Both the position numbers and the translations under genes were made by a program. Of a DNA stretch of 32,658 nucleotides, positions 1 through 19,441 are shown piece by piece (positions within the stretch are counted from its first letter, which is position 1; every line of letters starts with the position of its first letter). Source of the stretch: Parvularia atlantis (Eukaryota); the NCBI GenBank assembly GCA_943704415.1, contig CALSCO010000645.1:1-32658 (forward strand). Direction: 5' to 3'. Below the pieces are notes generated by a model that worked only from the letters and a program-made list of their open reading frames with translations, was not told the DNA's origin and did not search any database.

Positions 1-83
1 CCCCCCTCTCCCCTGCGCTTCTGTTTGCCGCGCGTCCTTCCTCTTCCCCGACGTGTACAGTTCGTCTCGATTTTGTCTTCGCG

Positions 84-1317
84 ATGCGCAGCGGCGGTGG
101 CGGCGGCGGCGGGGCGATCCGCGTCTACGTCTCGTTCGACGACCAGCCAGACGCGCTCGGCCCGGCGCTGGCGTCGCTCGTGACGCTGCACGGCGCGCCC
201 GTGGCGATGTGGGCGCACCAGATCGACGCGTTGCGTGGTCTGTGCTCTCTCGCGCGCACACGGCTCACGCTCGGCTCGGCCGCAGGACCGAGGCGCGCGG
301 GATGCGCCAGGCGCGGCACATCGCCGCCGACATCGTGCGCGCGTTCCGCCTGGTCAAGGCGTGCCCGCACGGCGTCGCCCTCGCGATCAACGGCGCGGGC
401 GTGCGGCCGCAGGAGCCGCCGAGCGTCTTCCGCGACAACGACGTCGTCCACGTGCGCCGCGTCGTCAGCCCCGATGCGGCCGCGCCGGCGCAAACGGCGG
501 CCGTGCCCGAGCCGACCGCGGGTCGCAAGCGCGTGCGCGGCAAGCGTGGCAAGCGCAGCCGGACTGCTGCTGCTGCTGCTGCGGCTGCTGCTCCGTCGGC
601 CTCGGCGCTCAAGGACGACGAGGATGAGGACGAGGACGAGGACGAGGATGAGGACGAGGACGAGGATGCGGAGGAGGACGATGATGCGGAGGAGGACGAG
701 GACATGGTAGCGACGCCCGCCAAGCCAGCGCCCGCCGCCCCAGCACCTGCCAAGCCCGTCCCCGCACCCACACCCGCCAAGCCAACGACGCCGATGCCGC
801 GCCCACCGCCAGCCGCCGCAGCACCGCCAGCAGCCGCACCAGCAGCCGCACTAGCAGCACGGCCACGCGCGACGGCTACCGACGACTTCCCGGCCGTGCA
901 CGATTTTGCGGCGCTGCCAAAGCTGACGACGACGCCCAAGGCCGGCATGCTCATTGCGTACAAGGCACACCGCCGCCCTGCTTGCGCCTCGCGCTGGGGC
1001 TGAACCCCCCTCGCGCGTGCAGGTGCTCGAGCTGTCGGCGACGTACCAACCCGTGATCAGCGACTTCAAGCTGGCACGCGTGGTCGCGTACGACGCCGCG
1101 CTGTCGCAGGTCACGCTCCGCCTCGCGCCGCAGTCGCGCCGCGTCGCCGCAAACGGGTGCGCCTGCCTGCCGTGGCGCGCTGTGGGGCCTGCTCTGATTG
1201 CCGCACAGCGCCAGACGCCGCTTCGAGCTCGACGACGGCAGCGGAGAAGCCGCGCCTGCCGAGCTGCCGGAGGTCGTTGCCGCCGCGCTCAACTCGCTCA
1301 TGGACGTGCGCACGGTC

Positions 1318-1320
<3 letters not shown>
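84..1320 (+). CDS. COIL: Coilin (Cajal body scaffold), 4 exons; introns 242-285, 965-1022 (GC-AG), 1157-1208
   Basis: The N-terminal domain (IRVYVSF...DIVRAFRL...VALAINGAGVRPQEPPSVFRDNDVVHV) resembles Coilin_N. A basic patch (RKRVRGKRGKRSR) and an acidic tract follow. The C-terminus HDFAALPKLTTTPKAGMLIAYK|VLELSATYQPVISDFKLARVVAYD...LNSLMDVRTV matches my recall of the coilin Tudor-like domain (DY..LP.L...P..G..IAFKLLEL...Y.P.VSDYK). Confidence 0.85.

Positions 1321-1321
<1 letters not shown>

Positions 1322-1368
<47 letters not shown>
1322..1368. repeat. (GT)n microsatellite immediately after the coilin stop codon
   Basis: Pure GT dinucleotide run visible in the sequence. Confidence 0.98.
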
Positions 1369-1374
<6 letters not shown>

Positions 1375-1468
1375 CGATAGACAAACATAGGCGCAGAGCA
1401 GCAAGCTTACAGACTGGTGTGAACTCTACCAGGGAGAATTTTTGGAGCGGGTGTCACGGTTCACCGAC

Positions 1469-4393
1469 CTACTCGCCGGACGACTCGGTGAACTCATCGG
1501 CTGTGCCGCGCATCAGCAATCGTGCGCTGCACCGCCGTGCTGCCACCACGCACCGTCCACTTCGTTGTCGCCGAGCGCCACACTTGTGTCGCGGTGCGCC
1601 AGGCCAAAGATGTCCTTGTCGGCCGACGGCGCCTCGATCGTCGGCTCGAGCTGCTCCTGCACAAACTGCGGCGGGGGCGTGGCCGGGCGCGACGACAGAT
1701 CTGCACGCGCCGTCAGTCCACGGCCCAGCAGGCCACCGCGCGCACCGATTGGCAGGCCCGTGCGCTCCGACATGGTCGAGGCGCCCGAGGACTGCGGCGA
1801 CGTCGGCGTCTTGGTCTGCGGCGTCCTTCAGTCCCGTCGCGCGCAAAAGGGCACGTGCGCACCCCGGATGGCACCGACAGCAGCGTGGCGGAGGACGAGG
1901 GCGAGAGCGATGCCGCAGTGGTCGGCAGGCCCTGCTGCTGCAGCTGAAGCACGAGTACCGAGAGGTTGTCGTGGCTGCCCTGCGCGTACGCCTGGGCGCA
2001 GACGCGGCTCGGCTCGGCGCTCTGCGTGCACACACACGCGCATCAGCCAGGCCCTGCCAGCACAGGCCGCACGTGCGCACCCGCCGCAGGATGTTGCCGA
2101 TGGCGTCGTTTGTGAGCACGTCAAAAATGCCGTCGCACCCGAGCAGCAGGTACATGTCGTCCTTGCTGTCGTGCGCGCACGCCCGTCAGCACCAGCGTGC
2201 CCGGCTGAGCGCCGCCACGCACGTGAACGCGTGCTCGGTCACGTCCGGCACGGGCGACACAAACGGTTGGAAGTGCTTGTCGCCGAGCGAGCGCGCGAGG
2301 TTGATCATGAGCCTGCGCGCTCTCCCGTCAGCCGCGCCATGCGGGCAGAGCAGCGGGGCCTCGCACCCGTCCACGTCGATGCGCTCGTTGCGGATCACGC
2401 CGCCCGCGTCCTTAATGCGCATCGCCTCGGCCTCGTCTGTGACCTTGTGGTCGACCGTGAGCGCCTGCTGCGACGTCGTACTGACGAGGACAGCGCGGCA
2501 GTCGCCCGCGTTGGCGATGTACATCTTGTTGCGCCTGATCACGATGACCTGGGCGCACGCACGGCGCTCAGCAGCGCAGCACCAGCAGACCCCGCAGCGA
2601 CGCACCAGCGCAGTCGAGCCGCACGAGTTGGCCCACGGCTCCGCGACCAGGCGGCGCTGGGCCTCGGCAAACGACTCGATGAGGCACTTTTGCATGTCGC
2701 GGTTGACCTACAGGCGCCATTAGCACCGCGTCCAAACACTGCGCGGTTTCGCATGCCTTGCGCGTGATGTACTGCGCCTCCATGATCGCGCGAAAGTTCT
2801 GCCCGAGCCACGTCGATACGGCCCTGCACACACGCGCGCGCTGAGCAGCGCGCGACGTCGGCACATCAACACGCACTTTCCGCCGTGCCCGTCAAAGATC
2901 GCGACCATCATGTCGCCCATCCCGTGCTTGAGGTTGCGGTCAAACACGAGCACGTCCTCCATGTACTTGCGGTCGCCGGACGACTGTGCGCGTGGTGAGC
3001 GGCCGGGCGAGCGTGGGTGAGGCCACGACGCACCTGGTATATCCGCACGCAGTACGTCAGGCCGAGGTTGTGCGGGAAGGGCGACTTGTCACCGAGAATC
3101 GACAGCCACTGCGGCGCGCGAGTACGCGTGAGCAACCTACGCGCACGCGGAAAGCGGAAAGACCACGCACGCGAAAGTACACAAACTGCTCCTGCTCGGC
3201 TGCGAGTAGCTGCAGCATCGGGCGCACGAGGCGCTGCTTCTTCGGCTACAAGCAGGGGGCAGGTCAGCGCACCACGCACGCGCCTCGTGCCTCGGTGCGC
3301 ACCCCAAAGAGGCCGCGCAGCCGGGCCATGAACGTGCCACGGCGCTCGTTGTCGCTCACGACGCTCATCATCTGGTGATCCGCGAGCGCCTTTGCCTCTG
3401 CGGTGAGCGCGCGCTCCCCTGCCAGTGTGCAACCGCGCGCACCATGTCCTCGGCGTCAGCGTCGTCGCAGTCGCCGTTGATCATGTCGAGCGCAGCCGTC
3501 TTGGCGTCGGTGAAAGGGTTGCTGAAGGGCGTCATGTCGACAAAGAGCGCAGCCTTGTGCGTGGCTATGGCGGCAGCAGGCGAGCGCTCAGCCGGGGGCC
3601 GAGTGCGTGGAGGTGTGTGTGCGCACCGGGGCCCTCGGGGATGGCGAAGCGGAACGTGCGCACGTCGTTCGGGCTGAGCCGGAACGAGATGCTGCGCGTG
3701 CAGACAGAGAAGTGAGCCATCCGCGTGTGCACGCGCGCCCGCAGTGCCGCACGCACGCGGCGCTGACGTCGAGCGTGAGCGGGGCGACGCTGCGGAGGCG
3801 CCGTATCTCGCTGATGAGCACGGTCTTGCGCGCGCAGATGAGCGCGAGGTCGTCGGGCTCGCCGGGGCCGCAGGCGATGCACACGACGCTGTCCCAGAAC
3901 GGGCTGACGGTGATGCGCTCGATCGCGGCGAGCTCGAGCTGCGCGTGTCGCACGCTCAGCACACGCCGCGCAGACGAAGACGGCGGCGACGACGACGACG
4001 ACGACGACGCACCTTGCGCTCGCACCGGTTCGTGCACTGCGTGAGGACGTACAGGTGCGACGCCGTGAGCGCGACAACGCGCGTGACGGGCAGCCCGTTG
4101 CCGTTGACGCGCAGCAGCGCCGCGACGTGCACCACGCCGTCGCCGTGCGCGAGTTCCCCCGGCAGCTGCGTGCCGCGCAGCACGCCCCGCGTGCTGTTGC
4201 CGTGCGCCTTGGGCGACATCGGCGACGCCGCGCTGCTGCTGCCGCTGTCGTCGTCGAGCGACGGCGACCGCCGCAGCTTGCGCCCGTCGTACAGATCGCC
4301 CTCGACCGACGTCGGCGCGTGCGCCATCGGGGCGGCCGCGGGCTGCGCGAGGCGGGGGACGGGCGCGGCGACGGCGGGGCTGCTGGCGGGCAT
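1469..4393 (-). CDS. PP2C (PPM) Ser/Thr phosphatase with an N-terminal myosin-I TH1-like (PH-like) domain; about 16 introns
   Basis: The spliced product has the PP2C motifs RKYMED, AIFDGHGG, GSTAL, YIANAGDCRAVL, LTVDHK, INLARSLGD, LLLGCDGIFDV and GSHDNLSV. The N-terminal region LLRVNGNGLPVTRVVALTASHLYVL...LAAIERITVSPFWDSVVCI...DLALICARKTVLI resembles Myosin_TH1. A probable 5'UTR intron lies at 4398-4442. Confidence 0.85.
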
Positions 4394-4522
4394 TCGTCTG
4401 AAAGCGGGCGTCAGTCACCGTCTGCGCCGACGACGAGCGCACGACAGCGAGCAGCAACGAGAAGGACGAGAGGCGGGACGGACGGGCACGCGCGCGAGGG
4501 ACACGAGGCCGGACAGGGGCAA

Positions 4523-4588
4523 GCGGAAGTGCGGGCGCAGGGGCGACCAGAAACGTGCCGCCGGAATTGCATCACGCTGGCCAATCAG
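4523..4588. promoter_or_regulatory. Candidate promoter elements upstream of the PP2C gene: CGGAAGTG (4523-4530) and CCAAT box CCAATCAG (4581-4588)
   Basis: Both motifs are visible in the short intergenic region. The same CCAATCAG octamer recurs at 5967-5974, 5997-6004 and 23461-23468, all at gene 5' ends. Confidence 0.45.
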
Positions 4589-4680
4589 AACAGCGAGCTT
4601 GGCGGCGCTCCATGAACTCACTCATGAACCTACCGGTGCTTGCAGGCGCGCGATGTCGTCGAGTATCCTGCGCACGAGAG

Positions 4681-5946
4681 TTAGCGTCGCGACAGCGCGC
4701 CCGCGACAGCGTACCCGGACGAGGCCGCGTCGTTTGAAGGCAGGCGCGACACGAGCTCCTCGACAAACGCGGCCGTGACCGTCTCGGGCGGGACGCGGCA
4801 CGCGCGCGCGACGAGCGTCCGCGCCGCCGCCCAGCCGCGGTCGGCGTCGTCGTGCCGCGACACGACGATGCGGATGCCCGTCACGCCCGGGCCAAGCCCG
4901 GCGCTCGCATCGTCCGTGTGGCTGCGCGCGCGCTTCTTGGCCTCGCGCGCGCCCCGCAGCGATGCAGGGCTCAAGGCTGTGCGCACGCGCGCATGTCAGC
5001 ATCCGTGCCTATCTGCCCGCACCACGCCGCGCACGCTTCGAGGCGACGAGGGGCCTGCGTGTCGCGTCAGCAAGCAGCCCATTGCAACATGCACAGCGCG
5101 CACCGCGTCTCGAGTAGCGCCGGGTCGTCTGGCCGCAGCATGTGCCGGAAGTCGACCAGCGCGAGGTCCCACGGGATGCGCCCGTCCTGATCCGGCAGGT
5201 CGAGGCGCGCGCGCGTGAGCACGAGCAGGCGGATGAGCGTCGGGTTGGACGCGGCGCCGGCGTAGTGCAGCGCGGTGCGGCCGTTCTGGCGGTGGGGTGC
5301 GCACGTTCAGCGACTGGGCACACACAGCAGCGACGCGCCGCCACCACCTGGTCCACCGCGTTCACGTCCACGTGCAGCCGCCCGGCCAGGTGCTCGGCGA
5401 GGATGACCGTTGCGTAGTAGCTGGACATCGTCTGGCGCTGCAGGTTCGTGCCGGCGTTGACGATGCCGCTGCGTGCACGCGGCCGTGAGCCACTCACACG
5501 CACGGCCCGAGCGCGCGCACTAGATGCACGCCGTCAGCGGCGTCTGGCGCAGCGGCCCGCCGATCTCGTTGAGGCACGCGCGCAGCAGGTGCAGCACGCG
5601 CGGGAACGTGCGCAGCCGGTACGCGTCGCGCGCGCTGACGACTGCGGCACGCGCGTCAGGCCGATCGATGACTGCACGTGCGTGCGGGCCACGCACTGCG
5701 GTGCAGCGCCGTCTCGTCCACGCCGCCGGCGCCGCGCACGGTCGGGCGGATGCCGCGGACGAGGAGCAGCTCGATCGCCTCGGGCACGGCGATGGCGGCG
5801 GCGGCGTTGAGCAGCGTCGCGGCGGCCACGGGATGCGCGTTCCAGTCGGGCACGCCGAGCAGCTCGGCCTCGGCCTGCGCCCAGTCGGCGCGCTGCAGGC
5901 ACGCCGAGATGGACGAGACGGCGACGGCGAGGGCGGCCTCTGCCAT
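4681..5946 (-). CDS. Ankyrin-repeat protein of unknown function; 5 introns
   Basis: Spliced product includes ETALHR and VDVNAVDQ|NGRTALHYAGAASNPTLIRLLVLTRARLDLPDQDGRIPWDLA, which fit the ankyrin consensus. GT-AG introns restore one reading frame. Confidence 0.75.
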
Positions 5947-6013
5947 AGGCTGTGACGTAAAACGCGCTGATTGGTCGTGACGTCAGACACCGCGCGCCAA
6001 TCAGAGCGCGCGG
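5947..6013. promoter_or_regulatory. 67-bp bidirectional promoter with two CRE-like sites and two inverted CCAAT boxes
   Basis: Between the divergent ATGs lie TGACGTAA (5953-5960), CTGATTGG (5967-5974), the palindrome TGACGTCA (5978-5985) and CCAATCAG (5997-6004). Confidence 0.7.
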
Positions 6014-7702
6014 ATGCGCCGCAGCATCGAGCTGAGGCTCCGCGGCGGCGGCGCCGAGCAGGCCGTGGCCGTGCCGGTCGAGGGCGGCGTCGTGCCGGCC
6101 GCCGCGATCCGCCAGCTGCTCGTGCGCGGCGCCGACGGTGAGCACGGCCTGCGCCTGTTCGACCCGGGCTTTGCAAACACGGTCGTGTGCCGCTCGCGCA
6201 TCTGCGCCGTCGACGTCGCGCACGGCACGATCCGCTACCGCGGGTACCTCCTGGACGACCTCGTCGCGCACTCGAGCTTCCTCGAGGTCGCGTTCCTGCT
6301 GCTGCACGGCGAGCTGCCGACGCGCGTGCGTCCCGTGCGCGACCTCGATCAGCTGCTGACTACTGATCAGTGGCGCGCACACGCAGGACCAGCTCGCGTT
6401 CTTCACCTCGCGCGTCATGCACCACACGTTCGTGCACAACGACGAGCTGCGCCAGCTCGAGACGTTCCGCTACGACGCGCACCCGATGGGTATGCTCGTC
6501 GCGACCATCGCCGCGCTCTCCGTCTCGCACCCGGACGCCAACCCGGCCGCCGTCGGCCCGGGCGTCTACCGCACGCCCGAGGCGCGCAACAAGCAGATCT
6601 ACCGCCTCCTCGGCAAGCTGCCCACGCTCGCCGCGTGCATCTTCCGGCACCACATCGGCCGGTGCGGGCGCGGCATCAGCACGCGTTGCCTGACCTGCTC
6701 GCGCGCACGCCAAGGCCCTTCAACACGCCCGACAGCAGCCTCGGCTACACCGAGAACCTGCTGTACATGATGGACCGCCTCTCGGACGTGATCTACCGCC
6801 CGGACGCGCGCATCAGCCGCGTGCGCCCTGTTTGCCTTCCTGCCTCACTGCAACGCTCACGCGCCGCCACGCACCAGGCCCTCGACAGGCTCTTCATCAT
6901 CTTGGCCGAGCACGGCGCGGCCACGTCCACCATCGGCTTTCGCCACCTCGCCTCGGCCGGCACTGACCCGTACACGGCCGTCTCGGGCGCGCTTGGGTGC
7001 CTCTACGGCGAGCGGCGCAGCAACGCCGTGATGCACTTGCTCGAGCGTATCGGCTCGGTCGACCACGTCGCCGCGCTCGTCGACGGTGTCAGCGCCGACC
7101 GCACCGCCGAGCTCGTCGGCTTTGGCCACGTCGTCTACGCGCACCGGCAGGACCCGCGCTCGGCCATGGTGAAGCAAATCCTGCTCGAGGTAGCGTGCCG
7201 CACGCGCTTCTGCCGAGTACGCTCTCACCATGAGCGGCAGATGATTGACCTGCTAGGTCAGGACCGCCTCGTCACGATCGGCTTCCGCCTCGAGGAGGCC
7301 GTGCTGCAGCGCGTCGAGCTGCTCGAGCGCGGGCTGTACCCCAACGTCGACTTTTACACGGCCCTGCTCTTCCACGTCCTCGGCTTCCCGACCGAGATGT
7401 TCCCAGTGCTCGCAGCCGTGCCGCGCGTCGCCGGCTGGCTCGCGCACTGGCTGGAGCAGCTCGACGACCCAGACACGCGCATCTTCCGTCCGCGACTGGT
7501 GCGCCCGCGCTCGCGCTCGTGCGCCTTGCGATCGCCCTGCTTGACGCCGCGGCGACCCGAACAGATCTACGAGGGCCACCAGCGGCGCCCCTATATCGAC
7601 ATACGCACGCGCCCGCCCGCCAACGTCGACCTCGAGGGCGAGTCAATCCGCAGCGACCCCGAGGCGGCCAAGCGCCGCCAGACGGGCATGACGGCGCCGT
7701 GA
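6014..7702 (+). CDS. Citrate synthase-like protein (plant-peroxisomal/bacterial type II-like) with the catalytic His loop missing; introns 6326-6386, 6662-6714, 6821-6877, 7190-7240, 7499-7564
   Basis: Present: GLRLFDPGFANT, GTIRYRGY, FRYDAHPMG, AEH...RHLASAGTD, GFGH.VY...DPR, LYPNVDFY and RPR. The canonical LYGPLHGGANEAV is replaced by LYGERRSNAV. Confidence 0.92.
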   Translation: MRRSIELRLRGGGAEQAVAVPVEGGVVPAAAIRQLLVRGADGEHGLRLFDPGFANTVVCRSRICAVDVAHGTIRYRGYLLDDLVAHSSFLEVAFLLLHGELPTRVRPVRDLDQLLTTDQWRAHAGPARVLHLARHAPHVRAQRRAAPARDVPLRRAPDGYARRDHRRALRLAPGRQPGRRRPGRLPHARGAQQADLPPPRQAAHARRVHLPAPHRPVRARHQHALPDLLARTPRPFNTPDSSLGYTENLLYMMDRLSDVIYRPDARISRVRPVCLPASLQRSRAATHQALDRLFIILAEHGAATSTIGFRHLASAGTDPYTAVSGALGCLYGERRSNAVMHLLERIGSVDHVAALVDGVSADRTAELVGFGHVVYAHRQDPRSAMVKQILLEVACRTRFCRVRSHHERQMIDLLGQDRLVTIGFRLEEAVLQRVELLERGLYPNVDFYTALLFHVLGFPTEMFPVLAAVPRVAGWLAHWLEQLDDPDTRIFRPRLVRPRSRSCALRSPCLTPRRPEQIYEGHQRRPYIDIRTRPPANVDLEGESIRSDPEAAKRRQTGMTAP

Positions 7703-7745
7703 CGACCGTTCATGTGTACATCTGCAAGCGAGCCACACAACAACA

Positions 7746-16164
<8,419 letters not shown>

Positions 16165-16420
16165 CCTTGGGCGCGGCGGCGGCTGCGTGGGACGTGCGTG
16201 CGGCGTCAAAGTCGCGGTTCGAAGGCAAGGCGCGCGGGCGAAGCGCTCGTCTGGGAACCGTAACTGGCCACCATGGCGGCTAATACGCCTTGATGAGACG
16301 CTCGTATTGCAATCATGGCTGACATTACGCCTGGCTGGGATCAGCGGCACTGCAGTGTGGCTGCTGCACGCGTGGCTAGGAGGCGCGATTTCACAGCGTG
16401 GCGGTTGTAGTGTGACAGCG

Positions 16421-19410
16421 ATGTTCTCGTGGCTGGGCGGCGCGCGCAGCCCGTTGGCCGACTTTGCGTACGCCGTGGGCGAGCCCGTGGGCGGTGGCGA
16501 GGCCGCGGGCGCCTTCCCGAGCCTGTGGACACTGCACAGCGGGCACAAGAAGGCGCGTGGGCGCGCTCGGTGCCACGTCGGCACGTCTGTTGCTGACACC
16601 GCGGCGCGCGCGAACGCGCAGGCCGACAAGAGCCCTGTGTCGGTGCTCGTGTTTGACGGGTCGGGCGCGCGGGAGGACCGGCTGCCGCTCGCGCGCAACG
16701 CGCTCAAGCGGAGCAAGACGCTGCGCCACCCGAGCCTGCTGCACTACCTCGACAGCCTCGAGGTCGAGTCGACACTGTACATTGTCACGCCGCACGTCGT
16801 GCCGCTCACGGCGCGCCTGGCCGAGATCGGCGCGGACGAGCAGCTGCTGTCGTGGGGCTTGCACCAGATCCTCGTGCGTGCGCTCGCAGCGCCACGACGC
16901 GCCGCTGACGCGCCCGCGAGCAGAAGGCGATCGCGTTCCTGAACGAGGACGCGGGCCTCGTGCACGGCGCGCTCACGGTCGGCAACATCTTCGTGGACGA
17001 CGCGGGCGAGCTCAAGCTGGGCGGGTTCGACGTGCTCAGTGGTGTGAAGGACGAAGACAGCGCGCTAATGGTGCGGCGCATGCTTAGTCGACGCAGCCGC
17101 CCTGACGATGGGCCGCAGAGGCACTACGACCTTGTGCCGTGGCTGCAAAAGTACCGCCCACCCGAGGTGCTCAAGCAGGGATGGTCGGCCGTGCGGACGT
17201 GCGCCTCGCCCATGGCCACCTGGGTGCGGCTCACGCTCGCGCCCACTGCAGCGCGCCGGCCTGGGCGATCGATGTGTGGTACTTTGGCTGCCTGGTCTTC
17301 GAGCTGTACAACGGCGCGTTCCAGCGCATCGAGCAAATCAAGACCAAGGGCGCCATCCCGGAGCCGCTGTACACGTGTGCCGCCGATCCGCTGCCTGCAT
17401 TCGCCATCGCTGACGCGGCGCAGCGTCTACAAGGACATCATGAAGGGCGATCCAAAGCTGCGGCCGTCGCCTTCGCAGCTGCTCGACCGCGGCACGGTCA
17501 AGGGCGGCTTCCTCGCCAACGACTTTGTGCAGGCCAACCTGTTTCTCGAGAGCTTTGCGCTCAAGGAGGCGTACGAGAAGGACCAGTTTTTCCGGTGCGC
17601 GCCCAGCCAGGCGTTGATAGTGCTCTGACGACGCACACGCAGAAAGCTGGCCGACGCGGTTGACCGCTTCCCGGCCGACTTTTGCAAGTATAAAGTGCTG
17701 CCGGAGCTGGTCAACGCGCTCGAGTTTGGCTCCGGTGAGCAATCTGGCGCACATACGCGTCGCTGCCCCGCATGCTGACGGCGGCGGCGACCGCGCAGCG
17801 GGCTCGAAGATTATCGCGCCGCTGATGAAGATCGGCGCGATGCTCACGGCGGCGGAGTACGAGGCGCGCGTCGTGAGCGCGGTCGTCAAGATGTTCGCGC
17901 AGACCGACCGTGCGATGCGCCTGAGCCTGCTCGAGAACCTGCCCAACTTTGTCGACCACCTATCGCCCAAGCTGGTGTCGCAGAGCATCTTCCAGCACGT
18001 GGTGCGCCCCGTGGGCCTGCCGGGAGCCGCTTGTGGTCGCGCTCACGCTCGCGCCGCCGCAGTGCACGGGGCTGCTCGACTCGCAGCCGACGATGCGCGA
18101 GGCGACGATCAAGGCGATGGTGCTGTTTGCGCCCAAGGTGCGCCCACTTGCTGCTGTGCGTGCGCTCGTCCGACCACGTCGCCGCAGCTGGGCGCGAAGG
18201 AGATGGACGACCTGATGCGGTACCTGGCCAAGACGCAGCTGGACGAGGAGCCTGGGATCCGCACCAACACGACGATCTGCCTGGGCCGACTGAGCGAGTT
18301 TATGAACGACGCGGTGCGCACGGCTGCTTTCGGTGTTGCAGTCACCGCTCGCTGATGATAACGCGGGCTGCAGACGAAGAAGCGCGTGCTGATCCCGGCG
18401 TTCACGCGCGCGCTCAAGGACCCGTTCCCGCCCGGGCGCATCGCGGGCATCACGGCGTTGCAGGGTGCTCCGACCGCTGGTGCATGCGCGCTTTGCAATC
18501 GACTGAGGCCGTCGCGCGCAGCCACAAAGGACCTGCACGCGCCCGAGGACATCGCGTGCAAGGTGCTGCCGGTGCTGTGCCCGCTGCTGGTGGACTACGA
18601 GCCGTGCGCTCGTGCAGTGCTTGGTGTGCACGCCTGACCGCCGTGTTGCGTCGGCAGGAGCGTGCGCCAGCAGGCGTTCAAGACGATCTCGGTCTACCTC
18701 AAGATGATGGAGGCGGCCGTGAAGGAGGTGCACACGCGCAGCTGCGGCACGTGCATGTCGCGCTGACGCGCTTGCCTTTGCGCGCAGGGTCCCGCCGGTG
18801 CCGAGAAGAGGGCGCTAGAGGCGAACGGCAAGGCCGAGGCCGCCGCGACCGAGGGCGGGTGGCTGTCGTCGTTCACGCGCACGGTCGCACGCTGTGGGGC
18901 GGCCGACGCAGCGCTGATGCTGCGTCGCGCAGCTCATTGGCGGCAACATGGCGCCGACGTCGTCGCTCTCGCCGCCCACGCCGACAGCTTCGTCCGTGCC
19001 CGCTGGTCCTGCCGCAGCGAGCACCGCGGGCACGACGGCCGCAGCGGCATCAGCGGCAGCATCACCTGCCGCCCTCGCGCGCACGCCGTCTGACGGTACC
19101 GCGCCCGCAGCGACACCGGCGCGCGCGACCCCTGCCAAGCCGCGGTGCGTGCCGGTGCCCAGCAAGCGCGCATGGGTGCTGACTGTGCTGCCCAGTGCGA
19201 CTGCGTCGACTGCGTCTGACGGCTGGAACGACGACAACCTGGACGACCTGCTCGGCGGCAAGAGCGATGAGTGGGGCGGGAGTGCGCGCTTGACGACGGC
19301 CGTTGGTCTCGCGCTCACCCCTGGCGCGCACACAGCCTTCAGCGACAGGGGCGCGCCAGCGTCGCCGGCCAAGCAGCCGCCGGCGCGCAGCAGTGGTCGT
19401 GGCAGAGGCA

Positions 19411-19441
<31 letters not shown>

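Noticed and set aside
613..703. GAGGAC/GAGGAT tandem repeat as a possible repeat array or CRISPR
   Set aside because: It simply encodes the acidic D/E tract of coilin and has no repeat-spacer structure.
954..2723. 589-aa plus-strand ORF and the many other long Arg/Ala/Pro-rich ORFs in the track
   Set aside because: They are shadow ORFs of GC-rich DNA. They run antisense to or out of frame with well-supported spliced genes, and they read through introns and microsatellites.
16290..16322. Possible box C/D snoRNA (TGATGA ... CTGA)
   Set aside because: The boxes are only about 22 nt apart. I found no terminal stem, no second D box and no recognisable rRNA guide.
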